From positions 31,188,001-31,252,000 of the forward strand of contig CM119371.1 in the NCBI GenBank assembly GCA_051294905.1: a DNA stretch of 64,000 bases, in the 5' to 3' direction. This stretch comes from Botryllus schlosseri (lineage: Eukaryota). Within the stretch, counting starts at the first letter, position 1. Every line of letters begins with the position of its first letter. The notes under the pieces are model-generated. The model made no database searches, was not told the origin of the DNA, and was given only the letters and a program-made list of their open reading frames with translations. Positions 1 to 11,800 of this stretch are shown one piece after another. Both the position numbers and the translations under genes were made by a program.

Positions 1-2160
1 ATGTGTCAGGCTTGTCTGCAATTCTGGCCCAAGGTCCAAGCGCAAAGGAATCTAGTATTGTGGCGTTCGCAAGTCGATCCACACGACCGGAAGAAACACG
101 GTATCCGCAACTAGACTTGGAAGCCATGGCAGTAGACTTTGGTTTGAGAAGATTCCGCCACTACGTCACTGGAGGACCGGAAGTACTGGTTATAACGGAC
201 CACAAACCGTTAGAGGGCATATTCAAGAACCACAGGAAAGGCTCTATCCGTACCGACCGTATCAAGATGCGGCATCAAGATATAGCCTACAAGGTGGTGT
301 GGGAGAAAGGTGTTCTAAATCCAGCTGACTACCTTTCAAGGCATGCCCAGCCAATCGAGTTTGCCCCGCGTTCATGGCAAAATGAAGCATGCGAGTTGGA
401 ACGCACTGTTCTCATGATCCAACATGCACCGTACACGGAATCGCTGTGTATGGATCGCATCATCAAGGAGACAAAGAAAGATAGCCTCCTTAAGCGACTT
501 AGAAAAAGCATCCGGAAGGGTCACATATCGAAAAATGACCCAGATCTAAAAGTATTCCGTAAATTTCAAGATCAGCTAACCATCTCGAATGGTTTGGTGC
601 TGAAACAGGACAAGATCATTCTCCCAGAAAAGCTCTGGGAAACAGCTATCAACAAAGCACACCAAGGAGGTCATCCAGGAATGTGCAATCTGAAGCGACG
701 CATCCGCAGTCACTTCTGGATCAAAGGCTTGAATGAGTTGGTGGAACAGAAAATCAGATCCTGTACATTGTGCCAGCAATTTACACTGCCAGGCAGCAAA
801 CAGCCACAGAAACTCATTATGCCGCCTAAACAACCCTGGCATGAAGTCAGCATAGACTTGTTTGGGCCAATGCCGGATAAACGTCACGCAGTGGTGGTGC
901 AAGACCTGACGACACGGTTTCCTGATGCGACAATCGTCAAAAGTACCGCAGCTAAGCATGTTATTCCTGCAATAGCGAAAACATACGCTCATTATGGTCA
1001 ACCTAATACTCATAGGACTGACAATGGCCCTCCGTTCAATTCGAAAGAATTTGCTGAATTTTCAAGTAAGCACGGAATCGACCACAAAAAGACGTATCCG
1101 TACCATCCACAAGCCAACCCTGTAGAGACTTTTATGAAGCCTCTGGGCAAGGCGATGAAAATTGCATACGCGCAAGGTGTGGACAAACAAACGGCACTGC
1201 AAGATTTCCTCATTGGATACAGATCAACCCCCCACATATCAACCGGGGAATCGCCAGGGGACTTGATGTTGAAAGGAGGATTCCGAAACGACTTTCCAAG
1301 GAAAGTACTCAACAACAACCAAGTACAGAAGGCCTTGAACCAAGACCGTCAAACGAAATTACAAAGGCAACAAGTTACCAACAGTTCAAATAAGCGACAA
1401 CCGAAACATTTTCTAATGGGGCAGCAAGTCATGACCAGAAACTACAAAAGAAACAAATTTGACCCCATATTTGGCCCTGAGCTCTACACTGTCGCGGAGA
1501 TCTTCAGTGACGGCGTTGAACTGATCAAGGCATCAACTGGTAAGCGGTATCGACGTCATTTCAATGATATTAAACCTTACTATGGAAATGGAAATGCGCT
1601 CACAAAACATGTGCATGCCAATCCGCCCATTGAATGGTGGCATCCGACGACGGACGAAGTTGAACATTCGGTAAGCCAGCATCCTGAGGAACCAACAACC
1701 GTGCCCGAGCCGGTGATCGTCTCTCAGGAACCAGAGGTGAATGATGAGGAGCCAGCGATCATCTCTCAAGAGGCGAGCGACGACGGGCCGAACACTCATC
1801 CCGACCGCACGGCTTTGGCCCTAAGCCGTCTGGCCGATTTTAACGCGCCCGGTTTTCTGGAAATGTACTGAGCCTATTTGTCTTCCTAAAAGGGGGAAGT
1901 ATTGATATATCTCAACTTTCGTTTGCTGTATTATGTTTAGTTCCGCAATTATGGCTCATTATAATTGAACACTAGTCGACCGTGACAGACATCGCGCTTC
2001 GCTCGTAGTCGCCAGGCTTCACGCTTACGCGGGAGCTTAACGTTGTTTGCTGCATTTCTTTATCTTTTCAGATCATAGTGTGATTGGGGTTATTACCTAT
2101 TAGCTTGCAATAAAACTGTAGTCACACTCATACTGTGTATTGCGTGGGATTTATTAGGCA
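1..2160 (+). mobile_element. Gypsy LTR retrotransposon, 3' end including polypurine tract and 3' LTR
   Basis: Pol ORF, then PPT aaaagggggaag (1888-1899), then a non-coding ~260-bp LTR from 1900 with AATAAA at 2109-2114. The right boundary (~2156-2160) is inferred from where unrelated hAT coding sequence resumes; the 5' LTR is not in the window. Confidence 0.85.
3..1871 (+). CDS. pol: Ty3/Gypsy LTR retrotransposon Pol, 3' part (RNase H + integrase); 5' end lies outside the window
   Basis: Uninterrupted 622-aa ORF. RNase H motifs (YPQLDLEAMAV, TDHKPL, NPADYLSR) are followed by the integrase zinc finger (H..GHPG...C..C) and DDE core (SIDLFGP, RTDNGPPF, NPVETF). RH-before-IN order is Gypsy-type. 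Confidence 0.95.
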   Translation: MSGLSAILAQGPSAKESSIVAFASRSTRPEETRYPQLDLEAMAVDFGLRRFRHYVTGGPEVLVITDHKPLEGIFKNHRKGSIRTDRIKMRHQDIAYKVVWEKGVLNPADYLSRHAQPIEFAPRSWQNEACELERTVLMIQHAPYTESLCMDRIIKETKKDSLLKRLRKSIRKGHISKNDPDLKVFRKFQDQLTISNGLVLKQDKIILPEKLWETAINKAHQGGHPGMCNLKRRIRSHFWIKGLNELVEQKIRSCTLCQQFTLPGSKQPQKLIMPPKQPWHEVSIDLFGPMPDKRHAVVVQDLTTRFPDATIVKSTAAKHVIPAIAKTYAHYGQPNTHRTDNGPPFNSKEFAEFSSKHGIDHKKTYPYHPQANPVETFMKPLGKAMKIAYAQGVDKQTALQDFLIGYRSTPHISTGESPGDLMLKGGFRNDFPRKVLNNNQVQKALNQDRQTKLQRQQVTNSSNKRQPKHFLMGQQVMTRNYKRNKFDPIFGPELYTVAEIFSDGVELIKASTGKRYRRHFNDIKPYYGNGNALTKHVHANPPIEWWHPTTDEVEHSVSQHPEEPTTVPEPVIVSQEPEVNDEEPAIISQEASDDGPNTHPDRTALALSRLADFNAPGFLEMY

Positions 2161-2739
2161 CTGGCGAAGTGATCTCTTTTCATGATGCATGGAAGCCGGT
2201 TCGGCCCTCCAAAGATTTCTAAGCTCTGAAAACCTTTTGTGGATGACTGCCAACATTATTTCCCTCAACGGCTACTGTTGAAGCCGATATTTCTCAGATT
2301 CGCTGGGCGAGAACTGAATTTAGGAGAAACTTAGCTGACCTGAGTTTGGAAGCACTGTTACAGTGCAAACGATTTAAGTCTATTCAACAGCTGTAACAAT
2401 CAGCTGTTGACGGTGTTTGTTAGGCTTTTTTTTTTGCTTATTGGCACCGATTCCGATGGATACAGCACATTTTGTGGTTTCGTTTGATATTATTAACCTA
2501 TGAAATCGTTAGGTTTTTTCTCCTTATTATTGTTCGTTGGCACTGATTATACGTGGATGCTGCACATTTTGTGGTGTCTTTTGACAAACTAGCCCAAATA
2601 AAGCGTTTTTGTGACTTATTCGAGGCTGAAACGATCTATTTAGAGGACGATGCCAAAACTGCCAAAAATAAAAATCGAAAAATGCAAAAAATAAGTTATT
2701 TTTGGCAGTTTTGGCATATGCCAAAAATAACACGGCCTG
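2161..2739 (+). mobile_element. hAT DNA transposon remnant: decayed transposase C-terminus plus right terminus
   Basis: 2175-2396 translates SFHDAWKPVRPSKDF*ALKTFCG*LPTLFPSTATVEADISQIRWARTEFRRNLADLSLEALLQCKRF, resembling the hAT dimerisation region with two stops. It is followed by GCCAAAA subterminal repeats and a terminus ...cacggcctg at 2739. Confidence 0.7.
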
Positions 2740-2861
2740 GTCATATCCTTAAGCAAATGTCGTGTTTGAAATTAGTGCTGTGACGTTATGTGACGTCAAA
2801 GGTTCGTGTTCACATTTGCATTCACAGCAAACAATTTGTTAACATTTATTGTAATACGTAC

Positions 2862-5800
2862 TCGCAATGAGTAATTCCGTTGCAATACTGATTTTCTGGA
2901 ATACACTTCCTTCCGTTGATACAGGAGAATTCGCCTGGTTTGCAGGAGGATCCTGGAAACGATGAACCGGCACGATATTAAAATAAAATAGCATGTATTT
3001 CATTTATCGAAATTTCAAGACGGTAAACGCTGCATTCTCTAATAACCTGACCTGTGCTGTGACTCTCCGCTTTTAGCGTTGGCGTAACCATTATATTGGT
3101 GCTGGCGAAATTTCCATGTGTACGATAACTTGCTAAGTAGCAATATTGTGGTTGTCACTAACATTCTGCATTTTTACCGGAGTATGTAGGATGGATTTAA
3201 CATTGGACATGGCACATTAATTCATAGTACGAGAAAGTTAGATATACGCAGTAAAGCCGGGTTTTAATCGGCGATATACCCACGTATGCCGGCTTGTTGC
3301 TTTAACAAAGCTGCCAGGAATCATGAAGGCATCAGTGGCGTTATTATTTTGCTCTTGGGCCTCTTATAGCTTAGCTTCCCAAAAGGTACCAATCTGGTTG
3401 ATACATTGGGTTTCTGATCAGTGGTGCCGTTTTAGAATATCCAATTTGCCAATAATCGAGCATAAACTGACTTGGCAGCTATCATAGATTTACCACTGAG
3501 CGTGGTTCTGTGATTTGACTTACTTTTTTTGGTTTCCTAAATACGGAATGGAGAAGTAGAGTAGCCCCTCACCATCACACATTTCATCGTGATGCGGAAT
3601 AAGATTGACTGGTAACTCGCATAGAAAATATTGAAAATTGTCCGTCTTTTTGCGGCATAATGTAGCATTGGTGTCAATATTCTCGGATTTCATCCACGGT
3701 TCATCCGATCTATCTCTGTGAAGAAATATGTTACAAGTAAATTGCATGGATTTGAAATACGTGTCATTTTAATATAAGACGAGAACCGAGTTGCTGGGTG
3801 ACCACCGTCAGTAATATAACGTTATATTTTCGGGACAACTTCGAATGATTTCTGCCGATGATTGTGTTTTGATTTTGATAAATTAGCTTGACAAATTACA
3901 ACACTTTCATCGCGAGATGACGCGAGCGCTACAATATGAATAGCCGATACGCAGTTGAAGTCAATAACGCAATGGTAAATGTCGTAGATTGGGATGTTTA
4001 ACATCAACAAAGTATTTCTGCATCTGATAATATGCTGGGCTATACCGGCACTGATCAAATCCATCACAGAACCTTTTCCTTGTTACGCACGTTGACCCGG
4101 AGTCGCATGAGAATTCGAACAATAGACACGCCGAACCTGAACGGGAAATATTTATCTAGTGAGCGGATGAATTACAGGCATTCAATGGGACTCGGAAACA
4201 CTTATTTCGAATAAAAATTTCTAAATAGGATCAATTAGTATTTTCTTGCCCTTGGTCTTGAGTTGTTGTTAGCAGTCGTCGTACTTGGTGTAAGTGCTCA
4301 AGGCGGGTTTCCAAGAGATAGCAGGAAGCGTGCATGTAATTTTGCTACTGACTTTCTATAAAGTTAGGTCGAAGTCATCAACATTAAACATAATCGGGAC
4401 ATGTGATGAGTAAAATTCTGAAAATTCTCGGATACCTATATCGATGATTCAGTTGGACTGAAAGGCTTACGGTCGTGTATAGATCAGAATCTAGTGAATT
4501 TTCCCTCGATGATGAGCCATGGTGTTGTATCTAGAATAATAACTATCAACTCAAACCGCGCTACTGGTAATTGTAATTACAACGTCCAGACGAACGCTAC
4601 ATGCAGACGGTACATACCAAACATTGTGATGTCACCTACTTTCAGTTAACTCGACGTGGCTACTGGTATGACCATGGCGTAGTCACTCAAACACGCAGTA
4701 ACATAGACTTAAATTTTTACATCATGATACAGAAAGTATGTGCTACTACCAGACTTATCATATATCGCAGTGCTTCTCAACCTGGGTCCGCGGACCTCTT
4801 AATTTGCAAAATGGTTGATACTCTAATCTTTATTTTGGTAAATTAGGGAGTTCCCGACGCAGTTTCGCTTCATTACTGCTAAAATCTCATGACTCAAATC
4901 AACAGAATGGGCGTCTGAGAGGAAATACGCTGCTGTACAAACTCATTTTAAAATTGCAAAATTGCCAATAGCCTACTGATACAAACATATTTCTATTCAG
5001 AGATGTTTTTATTTGGAGTTTGTTAGGAAGATAAAAAGTTGGAGTAGAAAGGTCAATCACAATGAACTCGAAATATTTGCAAAAATCCATTTGTTTCCAC
5101 TGATATATATAACTGCGACTCCAGAATACCTTCAAGATGAATTGCTTGATAGAAACGAATAGGCTGGATGCTATATGTCCATTAAAACACCCGTTTCGCA
5201 ATTTTGGTGCCACATGTGTTGCGATCATATCCAAAGGTGTCGTCGGAAGTGCGACCCGTTATTGTTACATTCGCCACCATTTATCTTTGTGGAAATGACT
5301 TTTCGGCACTTGTTAATATCAACTCGAATGCGCGGAATTTCAAGACATAACCACGATTTCACGAAATACAGCTGCATTATTCAAAATAATATAAGTCTAC
5401 CCAATTTCTACATGAATGGTATGATGTTATTTTAAAGAAAAGTGATTTTACTGCTGTTTGTCACTAGGCTACAGTTGATACTTGCACATGAAAGAGCACG
5501 ATTGCATGACAATTGAGCTAAATTTGAATTAAAGCTTTGGGGTCCGCGGGGGCTGTGACGGTCGAAAAGGGGTCCGTGAAGACAAAAAGACTGAGAACCA
5601 CTGATATATCGGTTACAGTTCGTTGGTTGGATGAAGAGAAAATTGGTACACCAACTACGAAGTCATCTCGCACCTTGACTCAAGGCCCAGTTATGTAATT
5701 CATATTGTCAAACATTCAGAGGGCTAGTCTTATTGTGTTTTCAAATTCCGCTAGTTTTAGGCACATACTGGGATCGAATAAATATTTAATTATCTATTAC

Positions 5801-8800
5801 AAAACTGATGCCTAATTGATCGGCGGCTCCTTTAAGAGAAGTTCGATGGTCGTCGTATCTTTTGCACTGGACCAAGAAGTGTTCGATCGGTTACAGTTAA
5901 TTACTTTAATCGCATATTCCATGATTGCAGTTACCTTCGCAAAAGGTGTCTGCAATCACTGACGGACCGTCAGGCAGCATACAAAGACGTGACTTATCGT
6001 CATACTTCCTACGACAAAAGCTAACATTTGAGTTATACTCCATACTGCTGTTGAAATATTGCTCGTCAGATCCGTCACTGAAAAAGAAATGGATTTTCGG
6101 GTCGACTTATGTATGATTTAAATAGTATGAGAGATTGCAACCGAACGGTAGAGGATGTCGAGGATGGTACAAACGTTCGGTTTACGTACATGTCCGACAT
6201 GCACACATTGCACAACTTGGCTAATCACAAGTTTCTGTTCACAAAATACCCTTCATTGACAGACACGAAAGGATTTAAGCCAAACATGTATTGGTTCCCG
6301 AGAATTATACTGGAAATTGAGCGATATTCCGGTTGTAAACAATAAATCATTTCGCTCTTGTCACTATATTAGCTTGGCCCAGACGCTGGGGAGAACGAAC
6401 GCACGAACGTATCTTCAAGTGCAGTGGCAGATTTGGCTTCACAATATTATCAATATTAACATTACAATTTTCAAATGGGCACTTTTCACTTATTACACCC
6501 CGAAACAAAAGTATAAACAATAATATTTAAAATGAAATGAAAAGGAATAAAAAGTAAATTAAAAAAGGGGAAAAGTAACACTTGGAAGTTCAGGCGTCAT
6601 ATGTTTTCACTACGGAACAATGTATGCGGGATGTCTAATCATCGTTTTAAAACAGTCATGAACTTACTTCTGGCAACGCCAAGAGATACCAGGGACTAGT
6701 GGTGCGAAATTGATTCATAGGTTCCGAACCTTCTTCTAAGCAGTGCAAAAATACTAGGTGTTTGTGCACCGAAAACTGAACCCACATTTATCGGAAATTA
6801 TCGAACATTTTTTCAGATACGGGTCGAACTATTTCGATTCATTTACACTGTCATAAATGACATAATTTGAATGACTGCCGGCATATTCCGAATTCGAAAA
6901 CGAACGAGTATTTTAATGACTCGCACCATCTCTGATGGCAACATTTGTAAATCGGAAAGTGATCCTCTGATATAAAACTGGACGCACCTACATTCCGGAA
7001 ACCCGGTACAGAAATACCGATTCTGAAGACACGTCGATCCATCGATACACGGAAATTCATCATGTCGGCAAGTGGAGCCTTTGAATATGAATATATACTG
7101 TTGCATTGACGTGATTGATGGCAAATCTTTCAGAGTTCACAAAAAGGCGAGGCTCTGGCTGGAGGTGGTTCTTCTGACTTATCCCATGCTATTGATGTCA
7201 GTAGGACAAATTGGATCTTCGGTGGTCGTGTTACCACCCTACTACTCGTTCATTACATCGCGATGAGTGATATGTCGTGTGGTGCCCATTGTATGACTTG
7301 TGCAGAAGAACAGTCCAGGCATAGCCGCTTTTGTCGGTCAAATCAAAATTCTAATTATATACTTCAATCGAGAAACGACACCATGATGTATGAACTAGTG
7401 AGATTTGATGTTGTTATCAGAGGCGGCCAGCAACACATTACTTTTACATTTCAAAGGATTCACGTAATATGTTCTCAAGTTGTACTAAAGCACTATGGTT
7501 TTAGAGTTCTTCAGCAGTGTACGTACATGTTAGGCATTTATTCTATCGCAAAATCTTGGTGTTTTGGTCCGATCAAAATAAACAACATCCACTTGAATTT
7601 TAACCTCAAACAATTTACTTTTCTCATGTTACATAGTGAGTGCAAGTGGAATGAAGTTCCTGTATTGGTGGACATCAATTTTCTGACTGTGATTGTCATA
7701 AAAACCGGTTGATATAGCATCTGCATCCCTGCATAAAATGCAATTTAAATATCGCAACTATTTGTGACAGCAGTAGTAATTTGTCGCTGTTGATGGTATC
7801 TATGATTCTTGAAATTATCATAGATGTGGACATATTTGACGTGTCCCGTTATACGCGATTATTTACTTTTCCATTTCTGACGATCCCTATGTGTACTGGT
7901 GAAGTTTCAGGATAATCGCTACTTGGACATATAGGTTCACAACAATACTTCTACTTTTGTTCGAATATCAATCAGTATTGCTTTGATTACTTCACGTTGC
8001 TTCGTAGGTATAAGGCAAACCTCAACCCTTACCGTCGCATAATTTCTCTGCATATGGTACGTGGTCCCGTGGGAGCACACATACAGATCTATGATGAGCA
8101 AGGCGTCGACTTCGACAGAAGATGACATCATCGTCATAAGTCACTGAACTGTTCCTTAATGGCGGCTCGTCCGATCCATCCCTATAAGAAATTTCACCAA
8201 CGCATAAATCTTATTATTAATAATGAAATAAATATATCCATCGCATATCCTCCTAACATGTTGCTGTTGCAGGGCTGCAATTACATGACGTTATCGATCC
8301 GATATATCTATCTTCATGATGAGATACCTGGATAAGATTGTGATAGTATGGTAATTATGCTATGATTTGGGAGTAATATTGTCCATGCTCTTACCGCATC
8401 GCATATTACTCAAAATCAAGGACATGGTTAGAATGGGGACAGTGAATATCGCAACGTTTGCAATTTGCCAATGTGTAGTGTTATGGTCATTGTTAAAATC
8501 CGAACCGAAAACACCTCGAGAATCGGAATTTTCATCATCGTTCAAATCGCGTGGAAACATTTAACTATTTTGTCGCCATACTATGTTACGGTATGCGGAT
8601 GGAAATATGGTAACATCACAGCTGTGATATGCATCTCTACTAAAGGCGTCGTATAATCGGAAGAGTTATTTTGTGACATTGCTGAGTCAAACAATTACCA
8701 ATTACATTCGCATTCGCTTCAATGATAGTCGCAGTAGAAACTCTACCGATGTAGCTGATTCCCGGTATACAGAGTGCCGTGTAAATATCGATTCACAATG

Positions 8801-11800
8801 GTACGTGGAGATTTGCCTTTTAACAGGTTATCTAATAACATGCATAGTGCGCGAAGAGTTTTTTACTTTATAATTCAAATCTAAGCGAGGGAGGAAGCGA
8901 GTGCCTCAGTTGGTTAAGCACCATCGTCACGACTCCAACGGCAGTGGTTCGAATCCCGGTTCGGACCAACTTCTATGTGTCGGAGGTTTATCTGAGCTCC
9001 TCACCGCTAACCTTGCAGTGTATGAAAAAGCCCAGAATGAAGGCGAGCCGACCCAAAAATCGGAAGCAAGATTCGGACGCACGAAAACCGAGAAAAATAC
9101 CGATGGTGGGGGAGCGCGTGAATGGAAGTCGTCCGAAAATTTAACGCAAAGAACTCGAAAGACTTAATGAAATTACTGTGCGGGCGTAAATCACTGAATA
9201 AGTTGATAAGCGTCAATGTTGTGAAATAAGCAAACAAACCCACAGGCAATCGACCCGTCTATCGCAATAATCTTCTTCGGCAATGCATTTGGAGCCGTCA
9301 GAACAAGAAAATTCGCCGGATGAACATGATGAACCTAGAAAACAAAGAGGATATTTGTATCTTGTCGACAGGAGTCACATCAAATCCAAGCTTCATGTCC
9401 AACGGCATATGTTACGAAGGACAAATAAATCTCTCATTGATACTTCAGAATATTATATTATCAAACAAAGCCATATACATATCGGGGAGGAACATTTACA
9501 TTAATACAAATAACATGATGATGTGTGGTTATGATAATCATTTTCTAGAACCAGCTCGAGTCATACGATGGGATCAGTAATGAATCCGTTTAATTTTTCG
9601 AAGAATAGTCGTGAGAGTTTATTACTTTAATTACTACCAAAGTCGTGTTATGTGTTATACAGGTTCTAGGTGTATTTCGAAAGTTTTAACTCAAATTAAT
9701 TACTTTAATAATTAAAATCCTGTCACGATGAAAGTATTATTTGGATTGATGATCTCACCATCGCACAGCAGCCCTGATTGTGACAACAGAACCGAAGGCA
9801 ACACACACACTAGGCGTCCATCTGTAGAACTGGTTCTCCCACGACAGAAGGTGTCATTGCGACTGTACGATGCCTTGTAGTTTCTTGACGGCGGTTCATC
9901 TGACCCATCTCTAGACATGTATACAATAATCCGGTTATAGAAGAAGATAAACGTTAAACAGTTTTGTATCAGCAGGCAGCTACTTTATATCGGCGGTTCT
10001 TAACCAAAGGGTTCGCTGAGTCAGTCACCATGGGTAGGTAAACTGCATCCATCACTTGTTACTGAAGGTTACGGCAGTCTTGGTAATATCTATAAATCTA
10101 ACACGCCGCTAACTAAACCGCGGGTATCATTCGACGTAATGGATATTTAGCAGTTCTGTGTTCACAATGAACACATGAGAATGAGTGATTATAACTTTAA
10201 TAAGTGGGTTATATATTTTGGTGCATTTTAGCATCTTACTTAATGTTTTCAATAGTATGTTTTAGTTACATCGATACCCGCCAACTACACCCTATTTATT
10301 TATTAGCGTTTCTTCATTTCACTGGATTCGTGGTGTGAGGTAGGCTACATCGCGTCAATGGGACGAAGGGTAAATAATATACACGGATTATAGCTTAACC
10401 ATTTTTCTTTCAGCGCCCCGTTTCAAAAATTGGGTAGTTCTGGACGGTTGTAAAAACAAGGGGTAAGAGTTCGAAGTCGGGTCGGTCTTTTCGGGTTGAG
10501 ACTTCACTTTTGGAAATAGCTTGGATCGCGCCCGAGGACCACTCGACAAATTAACGCTATGCTAATTGTATGTGTTATATTCGGGATCTAATCAAGGTTG
10601 TTATAACAACCATTGGGTACGGGCTCGTGACATCTGGTCAATTACCTTTAACATGAATGTCTTCCAAACATAGCAGTTCGCATTATTTAACGTTCATGTG
10701 AGGTTGCGAGTCACAACAGTAAACAGTATCTTCCTTTATGATACGATGAAAGAATATTCCGAAGATTTAATTTTGTAGGTCTCACATACAAATATATTTC
10801 GTAAATTATTTTGATCAAAAAGCTTCAAAGCATCTTTCATGTACAAAGGGCTCTTACTCTTAAAATCGGTTAGACACGTCTTTCATCGATTTCTACACGC
10901 TGCCCGCTGCCGGATAAAATACCTAGTTCGAAGCATTTTGTGAAAAATAACCTGAGGTAGCTTGATGGTAGTATTATAGCGGGGAATAGGCGATCTAAAA
11001 GTACGTGCAATTGGTTTTATACAAATTATAATAAACCACTGCACACATGCAAACATGTTGCAAACATTGTCGGCATATATTTCGCGAAAATTTTCGAAAT
11101 TTGACAGATTTTGTACAACGTTAATTTGCAATGAGAACTCACGAATATAGAGAGCTGTTGTTCTACTATATAATCATATCTCCCTACTGCACCCTCTGCT
11201 GTGACGCCATAGTTCTCCAGCCCCCCCATATCACCCAGAGCCCCCCCCATCGCCCGTGAGCGTTTCCGCCCCCTTCAAAATCGAAGTCATCCCTTGGGGG
11301 GCGCTGAAGACAAGGTTAGGAAACACTGGTTTAAACTTTTCCGATTTATGATACACTACGCCCGACATGGGCGCAAACGAGGTTGATTATACAGTGCCTA
11401 TATCTCACGCCTGTTGATGGTATATAGTTACACCAGACTGTTGACAAATAATTGAGTAGAACGTCCGAGTATCTTCGATCGTGTGTAGCGCATTTAGCTT
11501 GGTGCGTGCCAACATCTAGTCCATTTGTTCGATATTCCGTGTTCGTGTAGGATTCTTACGCGAATACAATTACAGAACAAGACGCAAAATTGCCGAATTA
11601 AATGAAGAGACACTGCCAATACAGCGTAGGACACATTATTGCTGCAACAAATCAAACGCGTAGCGTTTTAAATATTATTCCGGACATCCGTTTCCTTTGC
11701 GTATGCAAAGTAGCCTGTGGGAAAGTAGCCTAAAGCTTTTATGTTTGAAAGCAATTACAATCATACTCAACCTGCACTCACGATTTCCATTACAAAACAT

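Noticed and set aside
329..1799. Minus-strand ORFs overlapping pol
   Set aside because: Antisense shadows of the Pol ORF with no motifs.
7538..7870. Block conserved with 48200-48500 as a candidate extra exon
   Set aside because: All frames after the CAG acceptor reach stops or differ between paralogs; treated as residual intron similarity.
8897..8970. Possible tRNA gene
   Set aside because: A/B boxes are present but the acceptor and anticodon stems do not pair and there is no terminator; better explained as a SINE head. The same applies to 53350-53420.
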